NCBI RefSeq assembly: GCF_049243625.1
Contig: NZ_CP046975.1
DNA from: Corynebacterium amycolatum
GTDB lineage: Bacteria > Actinomycetota > Actinomycetes > Mycobacteriales > Mycobacteriaceae
DNA: 32,000 nucleotides
Reading direction: 5' to 3' (one strand)
This document shows, piece by piece, positions 8,241-16,386 of the stretch; the stretch's first letter is position 1; every line of letters starts with the position of its first letter. Made by a program: the position numbers and the translations under genes. Below the pieces are notes generated by a model. The model made no database searches and was not told where the DNA came from. It saw only the letters and a program-made list of their open reading frames with translations.

Positions 8241-9509
8241 GTGAAAGATTCAGGGGTGCAAGGGGCGCAAGTGACGTCGTCAAGCGAGAAAAACCGCAAG
8301 CCCATGATGAGTCTGCTGGGGCCTGCGTTTGTGGCGGCGATTGCCTACGTGGACCCCGGAAATGTGGCTGCGAACCTGTCTGCGGGCGCGAGCTACGGGT
8401 ATCTGCTGCTGTGGGTGCTGGTGGTGTCCAACCTCATGGCGATGGTTGTGCAGTACCTGTCGGCGAAGTACGGCCTGGTGACGGGGCGGTCGCTGACTGC
8501 AGGTGTTGCCGACCGCTTTGGTTCGAACCGGCCGGGGCGACTGGCGTACTGGGTGCAGGCCGAAATCGTGGCAGCAGCGACGGATGTGGCGGAAATTATT
8601 GGTGGTGCCACCGCGCTGTATCTGCTTTTCGGGACGCCGATGCTGCTCGGTGGTGTCATTGTTGGTGTGGTCTCGCTGGGGCTGTTGCTGCTGCAGGGTG
8701 GGCGTTCGCAACGCACTTTTGAAGGCGTGATTGTGGCGTTCCTGCTGGTCATTACGGTGGGGTTCCTGGCCGGCCTGTTTGTTACGGGCTTGAGCCTCGG
8801 GGAGATGGCCAACGGAATTCTGCCACGCTTCCAAGGCGCGCACACCGTGGTACTGGCGGCGTCCATGCTGGGCGCGACCGTGATGCCGCATGCGGTCTAC
8901 CTGCACTCCGGGCTGGTGCGCGACCGCGAGTACAAGGTGGAAGATGACGCTTCGCTGCGCCAACACCTGCGTGCCACGCGTATCGATGTCTTCGGTGCCC
9001 TCGTGCTGGCCGGGTCGGTGAATATCGGCATGCTGTGTCTTGCGGCCGAAGCGCTTCCGGGAGTGGAGGGGACTGACTCCATCGAAGGTGCCCACGCTGC
9101 CGTGACCAGCGCACTTGGTCCCGTGGTGGGCATACTTTTCGGCGTTGGGCTGCTGGCCTCCGGGCTGGCGTCGTCCTCTGTCGGCTGCTACGCCGGCGAC
9201 CTGATTATGCGTGACCTGTTGAAAGTACACGTGCCGATGCTGGTGCGCCGCATAGTCACCATCATTCCGGCGCTGCTCATTATCGCCAGCGGTGCGGAGC
9301 CGACCTGGGCGCTGGTGCTCAGTCAGGTGGTGCTGTCGATTGGTATCCCGTTTGCGCTGGTCCCGCTGGTGTACATGACCTCCTCGCGTGCCGAGATGGG
9401 CATCTGGGCCAACACCCCACTACTGCGCCGGGTCGCGTGGGTTATCTGCGGACTCATCATCGCGCTCAACGTGGCGCTGGTGGTCCTGGTGCTGATGGGG
9501 AAGGGGTAG
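8241..9509 (+). CDS. mntH: Nramp-family divalent metal (Mn2+/Fe2+) transporter
   Basis: Nramp signatures AYVDPGN and GATVMPHAVYLHS, with about 11 hydrophobic segments. The start is uncertain: GTG 8241 or ATG 8304. Confidence 0.9.
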   Translation: MKDSGVQGAQVTSSSEKNRKPMMSLLGPAFVAAIAYVDPGNVAANLSAGASYGYLLLWVLVVSNLMAMVVQYLSAKYGLVTGRSLTAGVADRFGSNRPGRLAYWVQAEIVAAATDVAEIIGGATALYLLFGTPMLLGGVIVGVVSLGLLLLQGGRSQRTFEGVIVAFLLVITVGFLAGLFVTGLSLGEMANGILPRFQGAHTVVLAASMLGATVMPHAVYLHSGLVRDREYKVEDDASLRQHLRATRIDVFGALVLAGSVNIGMLCLAAEALPGVEGTDSIEGAHAAVTSALGPVVGILFGVGLLASGLASSSVGCYAGDLIMRDLLKVHVPMLVRRIVTIIPALLIIASGAEPTWALVLSQVVLSIGIPFALVPLVYMTSSRAEMGIWANTPLLRRVAWVICGLIIALNVALVVLVLMGKG

Positions 9510-9755
9510 TCAGCGGGCGAGGTGGAAGGTAGTAGCTTCCGGGAGGGGGAGGTGGGGGCTTCGTCGTAAAGCGTGCGGGAGATGGTAGACAAAGCTGTCT
9601 AGTTGGTGTTAGGGTGGGCGACACGATCACAAGATATCGACGAGAAATGGCCTTTGACAGCGTCGATAGGCAACCGCCCGATTCGCGGACCCGGTGCCCC
9701 AAAGGAAGATCAGCCCCACAGACCGCCTGCGGGGAAGAGCGAATAGGAGCGCCAA

Positions 9756-10109
9756 ATGCACACCACAATCAGCGACGTCCACATCATCCACCTCAGCCGT
9801 CACACCGCTGACCTCCTCGTCGACGGTCGACCCGTCGCCATCCGGCTGCAAGAAGCCGACATCGACCCCCACTCCCGGAATCTCGTCCAACTCCCCGTCG
9901 ACCCCGCCTTCTACGCCACCCTCCGCGGCCAACAACGCGCCGACTACCTCAGCGCCCACGTCCGCGACGGCGTACGCTACGGTCGCATCCTCTGGCATGA
10001 GCTTGACGACGGCCGCCACTTCCTCACCATCCCCACCGTCGGTGGCTACCACGTGCACCAGGTCTTTGAAGTCCGCCGCAGCCGTGAGGGAGTGTGGAGT
10101 CGGCACTGA
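9756..10109 (+). CDS. Hypothetical protein
   Basis: 117-aa ORF with an AGGAG RBS 7-8 nt before the ATG. Protein-like composition, no recognised family. It contains one copy of each over-represented motif. Confidence 0.6.
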   Translation: MHTTISDVHIIHLSRHTADLLVDGRPVAIRLQEADIDPHSRNLVQLPVDPAFYATLRGQQRADYLSAHVRDGVRYGRILWHELDDGRHFLTIPTVGGYHVHQVFEVRRSREGVWSRH

Positions 10110-10143
10110 GCTTGGTGCAGTGAGCTTCGCGTGATGGATGCGG

Positions 10144-10251
10144 CATTGCGTGGATGAGCGCGGCGCGTGGATGAGCGTGGTGATGAGCGCGGCGCGTCTG
10201 ATGTAGTGAGCGCGGCGTTGCGTGGGTGAGCGTGGTGATGAGCGCGGCGCG
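10144..10251. repeat. Degenerate tandem repeats (GTGRTGAGCG[CGGCGC] units) upstream of amn
   Basis: The 32-nt block GCGTGGATGAGCGTGGTGATGAGCGCGGCGCG (10165-10196) recurs at 10220-10251 with one mismatch. Shorter related units flank both copies. Confidence 0.75.
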
Positions 10252-10287
10252 GATGCGAACGGGAAACTCTCCGCCTAGCCTTGGGAT

Positions 10288-11808
10288 ATGCAGGTACGAG
10301 ACTCCGCAACACCCCCGTTCTGGCCCACCGAGGGCGAAGGCGATTTCTACACCGACCCCGCCGCAGCCGTCGACCGGCTCACCGAAATCCACCGGGCAGG
10401 AATGGCCTACCTAATCGAGCAGTACACCGCCGCCACTAACGGAAATTCCGGGAGTGGGCCGGTGCGCGCCTACTACCCCGAACTACGCTTCACCGTCCCA
10501 GCCGGCAGCGCCGTCGAGGATGTCGACCCCTCCCTGTCACACGGCTTCGTCGACCGCCCGGGAGTGTACGCCACCACCATCACTCGCCCGGTGATGTTCC
10601 GCACCTACCTCATAGAGCAAATCAACGACCTGCTCGCCAACCACGGTGGCGAAGTCGAGGTGCGCGTCTCTGACCAGCCCATCCCACTCCGGATGTGCCG
10701 CGGCTTCGATGCGGCCGCCGAGGAAGCGGCGGGGAGGGAAGGAGCGTCGGCAAGCGCGTTGGCGGCAGTGGAGAAAACGTTCACCCCCATCGACTCCGCC
10801 TGCATTGACGACACCATCGCCGACGGCGAAGCCGACTACCTGGGCCTTCCCATCAAACCTTTGAGCCTCTTTACCGCCCAGCGCATCGACCTCGCCCTCC
10901 AGCGCCTCGAGCATTACACCGGGTCGCACGCCGCCAACATCCAGCGCTTCGTACTGTTCACCAACTACCAGCTGCACACCGACGTGTTCCTCGAGTACGC
11001 CGCCACCCTCACTCCCGGAAATCCCCGCGGATACACGGCGCTGGCGTGCCCGGGTGGGAAGCGCTACGACATCGGTGCCATCCCCACTCCCGGAATTTGC
11101 CGTCAGCACGCGCACGCCTCGCAGATGCCGGCGTACCACCTGCTTCGCGACGACCAATGCGGCATCACCATCATCGACATCGGCGTCGGCCCCTCGAATG
11201 CCAAGACCATCACCGATTGCCTCGCCGTCACGCGCCCGCACTGCTGGATGATGGTTGGACACTGTGCTGGCCTCGACGGCCGCATGCGCATCGGCGACAT
11301 GATTCTCGCCAACGGCTACGACCGCGCCGACGGAGTCCTCGACAACTACGTGCCCCTGGAAAAGCCCATCCCGCCGATTGCGGAAATTCAGCTCGCCGTC
11401 ACCAACGCGCTCGCCCGCGTCTCCGGACTTTCCGGCGATGAGCTGAAAAAGCGCCTACGCACCGGCACCGTGCTGTCGACCTCCGATCGCAACTGGGAGT
11501 GGCGCTCCCAGACCGACCTCTACCGGGAGCTGCAGAAATCCACCGCCATCGGCGTCGAAATGGAATCCGCCACCATCGCCGCCAACGGCTACCGCTTCCG
11601 CGTGCCCTACGGCGCGCTGCTCAGCGTCTCCGACATGCCACTGCACGACAAACCCAAACTCCCGAAATCTGCCCGCGAGTTCTACCAATCCTCCAAGGAG
11701 GAGCACCTCATGGCCGCCGTGCGCGCGTGCGAGGACATGGCCACCGCTCCCGACACCCTCCACTCCCGGAAGTTGCGTCGGCCGGTGGGAGAGGTTGCGT
11801 TCCGGTAG
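10288..11808 (+). CDS. amn: AMP nucleosidase
   Basis: 506 aa. Amn-like N-terminal domain plus a nucleoside-phosphorylase-type catalytic domain (GITIIDIGVGPSNAKTITD, MMVGHCAGL, GVEMESATIA). Confidence 0.88.
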   Translation: MQVRDSATPPFWPTEGEGDFYTDPAAAVDRLTEIHRAGMAYLIEQYTAATNGNSGSGPVRAYYPELRFTVPAGSAVEDVDPSLSHGFVDRPGVYATTITRPVMFRTYLIEQINDLLANHGGEVEVRVSDQPIPLRMCRGFDAAAEEAAGREGASASALAAVEKTFTPIDSACIDDTIADGEADYLGLPIKPLSLFTAQRIDLALQRLEHYTGSHAANIQRFVLFTNYQLHTDVFLEYAATLTPGNPRGYTALACPGGKRYDIGAIPTPGICRQHAHASQMPAYHLLRDDQCGITIIDIGVGPSNAKTITDCLAVTRPHCWMMVGHCAGLDGRMRIGDMILANGYDRADGVLDNYVPLEKPIPPIAEIQLAVTNALARVSGLSGDELKKRLRTGTVLSTSDRNWEWRSQTDLYRELQKSTAIGVEMESATIAANGYRFRVPYGALLSVSDMPLHDKPKLPKSAREFYQSSKEEHLMAAVRACEDMATAPDTLHSRKLRRPVGEVAFR

Positions 11809-11824
11809 GGCACTTTCGGGAGTG

Positions 11825-11867
11825 CGTCGTCAAGCCCGTTTGTGCAGATTGTGCATGCTTTACGACG
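11825..11867. repeat. Inverted pair of the GCTTGACGACG motif forming a hairpin downstream of amn
   Basis: CGTCGTCAAGC (11825-11835) and GCTTTACGACG (11857-11867) form an 11-bp stem with one mismatch and a 21-nt loop. The stem begins 17 nt after the amn stop. Confidence 0.65.
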
Positions 11868-11928
11868 GCTGTGGACAACGCCAAAAAGCGATTGAAGCCG
11901 TCCCCTCCCGGACGCTAGCCTTAGCCCC

Positions 11929-13107
11929 ATGACGACATTGGGACTGCTCAGCGCGCTGGCGACACGGGGGATTGACGTGCTCGCCGACCTGCGCGCCGCA
12001 CTCCCGGAAAAATCCACCGGGCACCGGGAGTTGGCGGCCAGCATCGGCTTCGACCCCTTCCGGCTCAAGCGCCTGCTGTGTTGCGCCGAGCGGCTGTTCG
12101 GCACCGTCGAGAAGGATGTTGATGTCGAATCCCGCGACAAAGCCGTCGCGATTGCCCGGGAGCTAAAGCTGTCGCTGGACACGGTCATGCAGATCGACAA
12201 GCGCTCCGGGCAGCTCAACAATGTCGAAATCCGGGAGTACTACCGCCTGGACTTCACCCGCGCCGCCGCGGCCTACGACTTCGAGGGCCTCGACACCTAC
12301 ATGCGGACCAAGGTCAAGGAGCTCAACCGCACCGACGAGCCGCCGCAGCACCTGCGCGCCCACGTCTCCCGGAATCCGGACATTCGCGGGATGAAGCACC
12401 TGCAGGTCACCGGTCCGGCGAACATGATTGACGACCTGGTCGCGCCGCTGACCGTGCGTGCAGCCGAAATCGCCAAAGCGCACGAGGACTACACCCGGGA
12501 TCGGTGCGTCGGTCAAGCGCTGGCAGAGCGCCTGGCGCACGGGTCGGAAGGGCCGCTTGACGACGTCGATAAGCTCCGTTACCAGCCCGCGCTCATCGTA
12601 ACCGCGCAAGACATCGTGGAGTACAGCCCGCGGTTTGCGGCGACCTCCAACGGCTCCGTCCTCACTCCCGGACAATTCGTCGAGGCGCTGCTCGCAGACA
12701 CCGGCTGGGTGCTGGTCTACGACGAGCACAACACGCCGACCGACCTACTCCCGATGCACAACCCGCGCCTGGCGACGGAGGAGCAGCGCATTGCGATGAT
12801 CCTCGACAACCCCATCTGCGCGTGGCCCGGGTGCCCGCGCCCCGCCCACGCCGGGCAGGCCCATCACCTGGTCGCCAGGAAAAACGGGGGCGCCACGACC
12901 ATGGAAAACATGGTTATGACCTGCAAAGAGCACAACGCCGCCAACGATGACGACAGGCAAGGCCTCAACGGGCACCTCGAGCGTGACGACGGCTCCGGCG
13001 CGGTCTACCGTCACCCGCCGTCTCCGCACGCGCCGCCCGAATTCAACCTTGCCTTCCCGACAGCTCTCGCGGGGCGGGCCTACTCGGGCTACCGTCAGCG
13101 CGAATAG
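11929..13107 (+). CDS. DUF222/HNH endonuclease family protein (13E12-repeat-type actinobacterial HNH protein)
   Basis: 392 aa. C-terminal HNH module (CAWPGCPRPAHAGQAHHLVARKNGGATTMENMVMTCKEHN) after a long helical N-terminal region typical of DUF222 proteins. Confidence 0.82.
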   Translation: MTTLGLLSALATRGIDVLADLRAALPEKSTGHRELAASIGFDPFRLKRLLCCAERLFGTVEKDVDVESRDKAVAIARELKLSLDTVMQIDKRSGQLNNVEIREYYRLDFTRAAAAYDFEGLDTYMRTKVKELNRTDEPPQHLRAHVSRNPDIRGMKHLQVTGPANMIDDLVAPLTVRAAEIAKAHEDYTRDRCVGQALAERLAHGSEGPLDDVDKLRYQPALIVTAQDIVEYSPRFAATSNGSVLTPGQFVEALLADTGWVLVYDEHNTPTDLLPMHNPRLATEEQRIAMILDNPICAWPGCPRPAHAGQAHHLVARKNGGATTMENMVMTCKEHNAANDDDRQGLNGHLERDDGSGAVYRHPPSPHAPPEFNLAFPTALAGRAYSGYRQRE

Positions 13108-13111
13108 CTTT

Positions 13112-13138
13112 ACATATATACCCGTAGGGGGTATATGT
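13112..13138. promoter_or_regulatory. Putative CsoR operator in the cop promoter
   Basis: ATATACCC-gtagg-GGGTATAT: a G/C tract flanked by an AT-rich inverted repeat. It lies 7-30 nt upstream of the copZ start. The architecture resembles known CsoR operators, and csoR is encoded in the same operon. Confidence 0.65.
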
Positions 13139-13144
13139 TGGGGT

Positions 13145-13354
13145 ATGGCTAATCAAACTTTTACTGTTACTGGCATGACATGCGGGCACTGCGAGGCGTC
13201 GGTGCGGGAGGAAGTCTCTGAACTCCCGGGAATCACCGATGTCCAGGTTGACCGCTCCCGGAATTTCCTCTCCGTGACTTCGGAGGCAGACATCGACACC
13301 GCTGCCGTAATCGCAGCAGTGGATGAAGCTGGCTACAAGGCGGTCGCAAACTAA
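13145..13354 (+). CDS. copZ: Heavy-metal-associated (HMA) copper chaperone
   Basis: MANQTFTVTGMTCGHCEASV... is a single HMA domain with MxCxxC. The start is placed at ATG 13145. The longer track ORF (from 12947) overlaps the HNH gene. Confidence 0.88.
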   Translation: MANQTFTVTGMTCGHCEASVREEVSELPGITDVQVDRSRNFLSVTSEADIDTAAVIAAVDEAGYKAVAN

Positions 13355-13379
13355 CCCCCCCAAAAAAAGAGGAAAGTAG

Positions 13380-15578
13380 ATGTCCGAGCAGCAACTTCTC
13401 ACTCTTGATATCCCCGTCGGCGGGATGACGTGTGCGTCGTGCGCAAACCGTATTCAACGCAAGCTGAACAAACTTGATGGAGTTAACGCGAGCGTGAACT
13501 ATGCGACCGAGAAGGCGCATGTGGAGGCGCCGGCGGACATCAACCCGCAGCAACTCATCGACACGATCGTGGCGGCAGGTTACACTGCTGAGCTTCCGCA
13601 GGAGGAGTCCGAACAGGAACCGGAAGCTGCTCCCGAAGAAAAAGACCGGGAGCTGCAGGACCTGCGCAATCGCGTCGTCGGCGCTGTCATCCTCACGGTT
13701 CCCGTCATCGCGATGTCGATGATTCCTGCCCTCCAATTCACTAATTGGCAGTGGCTGTGCCTCACGCTCTCGGCGCCGGTCTTTGTGTGGGCCGGCTGGC
13801 CGTTCCATCGCGCGACGCTGAAGAACCTGCGTCATGGTGAAGTCACCATGGACACGCTGATCACCATGGGTACGACCGCCTCGTTCCTCTGGAGCGTCTG
13901 GGCGTTGTTCTTCGGGCGCGCCGGGCTGCCGGGGCTTAAGCACGAGTTCCACTTAACGGTCACTCCCGGCGATGCTGATATGAACATCTACCTCGAGGCG
14001 ATGGCCGGCATCATCATGTTTGTGCTGCTCGGTCGTTATTTCGAGAAGCGTTCTAAGCGCAATGCTGGTCAGGCGCTCCGGGAGTTGATGAAGCTCGGCG
14101 CCAAGGAGGTCTCCGTTCTCGAAAGTTCGGGAGTGGAGAAGCGGCTGCCCGTGGAACAGCTCCGCCCGGGAGTGGTGTTCGTCGTTAGGCCTGGTGAGAA
14201 GATCGCGACGGATGGCGTTGTCGTGGAGGGTGCGTCGGCGGTGGATGCGTCGATGCTGACCGGAGAGCCGATGCCTGTCGAGGTCGGCCCTGGCGATGAG
14301 GTGACAGGGGCGACGATTAATACGTCTGGGCGGTTGCTCGTGCGGGCGACGCGCGTGGGCTCGGAGACGCAGTTGGCGCAGATGGCAGCGATGGTCGAGG
14401 CGGCGCAGACGGGCAAGGCACCGGTGCAGCGGCTAGCGGACCGGGTTTCGGGAGTGTTCGTGCCCGCCGTCATCGCGATCGCCGTGGTCACGCTCGGTGC
14501 GTGGTTGCTCACGGGGCACGGCGCGAGTGAGGCGGTCACGGCTGCGGTCGCCGTACTCATTATCGCGTGCCCGTGTGCGCTTGGCTTAGCGACGCCCACA
14601 GCGCTCCTGGTCGGCACGAGTGAAGGTGCCAAGGCGGGTGTGTTGCTGCGCGGCCCGGAGGTGCTGGAGTCGGCGCGGAAGGTCGACACGGTTGTGCTGG
14701 ATAAGACCGGCACGGTGACTACGGGTGTGATGGAGTTGACGGAGGTTCCTCCCACTCCCGAAAATCTGGTGCCGCTTGCCGCTTCGGTGGAAGCGGCGTC
14801 GCACCACCCGATTGCGCAGGCAATTGTGCGTGCGGCGGATCCGGATTCCCTACTCCCGGTTTCTGATTTCCGGGATATTCCGGGAGTGGGGGTTGAGGGC
14901 ACCGTAGACGGCCACCGCATCGAGGTCGGCCGCTCCGGGGAAAATTCCGGGAGTGGGGGGACGGTGGTTGCGGTGCGCCGCGACGGCGAGCTCCTGGGCA
15001 CGTTGGAGGTGTCGGATTCGGTGAAGCCGACGTCGGCGGCTGCGGTCGCGAAATTCCGGGAGTGGGGAGTGCGGCCGATTCTGCTGACCGGCGACGCCGC
15101 CGGCCCTGCGTTTCGCGTTGCGGATAAGGTCGGTATTGCTCGCGAGGACGTGATTTCGGGAGTGATGCCGGAGGATAAGGTCGCGACGATTGAGAAGTTG
15201 CAGGCCAGCGGCGCGTCCGTGGCGATGGTCGGCGATGGCATTAATGATGCTGCGGCTCTTGCGCAGGCGGATTTGGGCATGGCGATGGGCACGGGCACCG
15301 ATGTGGCGATGGAGGCCGCGGATATCACGCTGGTGCGTGGTGATTTGTTGGCGGCTGCGGATGCGCTGCGGTTGTCTCGCCGGACGCTCCGCACGATTCG
15401 GTCAAATCTTTTTTGGGCGTTTTTCTACAACGTTTTGGCAATTCCTGTCGCCGCACTGGGGTTGTTGAATCCGATGTTGGCTGGCGCTGCAATGGCGTTT
15501 TCGTCGGTTTTTGTGGTCGGCAACAGTCTGCGTCTGCGCGGTTTTCTCCGAGTCAAACAGAAAGTTAAAAAGGAGTAA
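13380..15578 (+). CDS. copA: Copper-translocating P1B-type ATPase
   Basis: N-terminal GMTCASC HMA domain, CPC motif ([12 protein letters not shown]), DKTGT phosphorylation site, GDGINDA hinge. Confidence 0.95.
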   Translation: MSEQQLLTLDIPVGGMTCASCANRIQRKLNKLDGVNASVNYATEKAHVEAPADINPQQLIDTIVAAGYTAELPQEESEQEPEAAPEEKDRELQDLRNRVVGAVILTVPVIAMSMIPALQFTNWQWLCLTLSAPVFVWAGWPFHRATLKNLRHGEVTMDTLITMGTTASFLWSVWALFFGRAGLPGLKHEFHLTVTPGDADMNIYLEAMAGIIMFVLLGRYFEKRSKRNAGQALRELMKLGAKEVSVLESSGVEKRLPVEQLRPGVVFVVRPGEKIATDGVVVEGASAVDASMLTGEPMPVEVGPGDEVTGATINTSGRLLVRATRVGSETQLAQMAAMVEAAQTGKAPVQRLADRVSGVFVPAVIAIAVVTLGAWLLTGHGASEAVTAAVAVLIIACPCALGLATPTALLVGTSEGAKAGVLLRGPEVLESARKVDTVVLDKTGTVTTGVMELTEVPPTPENLVPLAASVEAASHHPIAQAIVRAADPDSLLPVSDFRDIPGVGVEGTVDGHRIEVGRSGENSGSGGTVVAVRRDGELLGTLEVSDSVKPTSAAAVAKFREWGVRPILLTGDAAGPAFRVADKVGIAREDVISGVMPEDKVATIEKLQASGASVAMVGDGINDAAALAQADLGMAMGTGTDVAMEAADITLVRGDLLAAADALRLSRRTLRTIRSNLFWAFFYNVLAIPVAALGLLNPMLAGAAMAFSSVFVVGNSLRLRGFLRVKQKVKKE

Positions 15579-15581
15579 TTC

Positions 15582-15929
15582 ATGAGTGAGTCTTGTTGTT
15601 CGTCTCAATCGCATTCGCTTGACGACGGTTCTTGCTGCCATGACACCACTGATCCCGGTTATCTTTCGGAGAAGCGGCGTTATGAGTCCCGTATTCGTCG
15701 CATTGAGGGGCAGGTTCGTGGCATTGGTCGGATGATTGAGAACGAAGAGTACTGTATCGATGTTTTGACCCAGATTTCGGCGGTGAATTCGGCGTTGAAG
15801 TCGTTGGCGTTGACTCTTCTGGATGCTCATCTTCATCACTGTGTGGTGCATGCGGCTGAGGGTGGCCAGGAGGAGTTGGATGCCAAGCTGGAGGAGGCCT
15901 CGGCGGCAATCGCTCGGCTGGCTAAGTAA
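15582..15929 (+). CDS. csoR: CsoR-family copper-sensing transcriptional repressor with a Cys-rich N-terminal extension
   Basis: DUF156/CsoR core (IRRIEGQVRGIGRMIENEEYCIDVLTQISAV...HLHHCV). Extra N-terminus MSESCCSSQSHSLDDGSCCHD. The start is 4 nt after the copA stop. Confidence 0.9.
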   Translation: MSESCCSSQSHSLDDGSCCHDTTDPGYLSEKRRYESRIRRIEGQVRGIGRMIENEEYCIDVLTQISAVNSALKSLALTLLDAHLHHCVVHAAEGGQEELDAKLEEASAAIARLAK

Positions 15930-15951
15930 CTCCCGGAAAAATTCCGGGAGT
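15929..15951. repeat. Perfect 23-nt palindrome ACTCCCGGAA-AAA-TTCCGGGAGT abutting the csoR stop codon
   Basis: 10-bp arms with a 3-nt loop. The first base is the last A of the csoR TAA. No U-run follows, so terminator function is not established. Confidence 0.9.
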
Positions 15952-16127
15952 GGGGTGGCCGTCGTGAAGCGAAACGGCGGTCAGCGGTCGGTGGTCGGGT
16001 GCCGTCTTTTGCTTTCGGTTGTTGGTTGCACTGGTGGTGTCGATAGTGCCACTTGAATTCTACGTTTCCCCTGTTCGTCGGCGTGTTTTGGGAAAATCGG
16101 ATTTGTTGGGTAGTCTTTAACGACGTT

Positions 16128-16213
16128 GGAGGATTCGACTAGCGGCCTATGTCACACGCCTGGAACGCGTGCGGGAGTCACATCCCTCGTGGGTTCAAAT
16201 CCCACATCCTCCG
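16128..16213 (+). tRNA. tRNA-Ser (anticodon GGA)
   Basis: Manual cloverleaf: acceptor GGAGGAT/ATCCTCC, D stem GAC/GTC, anticodon stem CACGC/GCGTG with loop CTGGAAC, long variable arm (GGGA/TCCC), T arm GTGGG-TTCAAAT-CCCAC, discriminator G. CCA is not encoded. Confidence 0.9.
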
Positions 16214-16215
16214 CA
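16197..16215 (+). repeat. attL core (AAATCCCACATCCTCCGCA; T-loop to 3' end of tRNA-Ser)
   Basis: Exact 19-bp direct repeat of 22012-22030. Confidence 0.9.
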
Positions 16216-16328
16216 AATGGGAACCCTCAGGTAGAAAACTACCTGGGGGTTTTCCCGTATCCATGCTGGTAAGGCACCATAAAGCATACACAATAAGTAT
16301 TGACTCGTCTCAACTGATATCGTTTGAA

Positions 16329-16351
16329 CTGTCACGAAAAGCTGTCACGCG
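16329..16351 (+). repeat. 23-bp block CTGTCACGAAAAGCTGTCACGCG (two CTGTCACG octamers), putative recombinase arm-type sites
   Basis: An exact copy lies at 21933-21955 in the same orientation. The block is located between attL and the int start codon. Confidence 0.8.
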
Positions 16352-16386
16352 GCGGTGGGCACGCACGCGAAAGGTTTTCACCTTTA

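Noticed and set aside
8203-8303. Mn-responsive (yybP-ykoY) riboswitch in front of mntH.
   Set aside because: No four-way-junction-like pairing or conserved GGGGAGUAG-type core was recognisable. Regulation by a protein repressor is equally likely.
9627-10134. Alternative ORFs overlapping ORF 9756-10109 (9694-10134 +, Ser/Thr/Pro-rich; 9627-10106 -).
   Set aside because: Only the 9756 frame has a good AGGAG RBS and balanced composition. The others are low-complexity frame shadows.
10144-10251. Possible CRISPR array or minisatellite upstream of amn.
   Set aside because: The units are contiguous and degenerate, with no unique spacers of regular length, and no cas genes are nearby. I kept it as a simple tandem repeat.
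12947-13144. N-terminal extension of the copZ ORF (track 12947-13354).
   Set aside because: The extension overlaps the 3' end of the HNH gene out of frame and covers the CsoR operator. The HMA domain begins at ATG 13145.
15929-15951. Calling the post-csoR palindrome a canonical intrinsic terminator.
   Set aside because: The stem is strong but is followed by GGGGTGG rather than a U-run. It may still pause or terminate transcription, but I list it as a repeat.
16324-16386. Track start of the integrase at 16324 (MNCHEKLSRGGGHARERFSPL...).
   Set aside because: This extension runs through the CTGTCACG arm-type repeats and is not integrase-like. ATG 16387 (MARRTKGLTPLPSG...) gives a typical integrase N-terminus.
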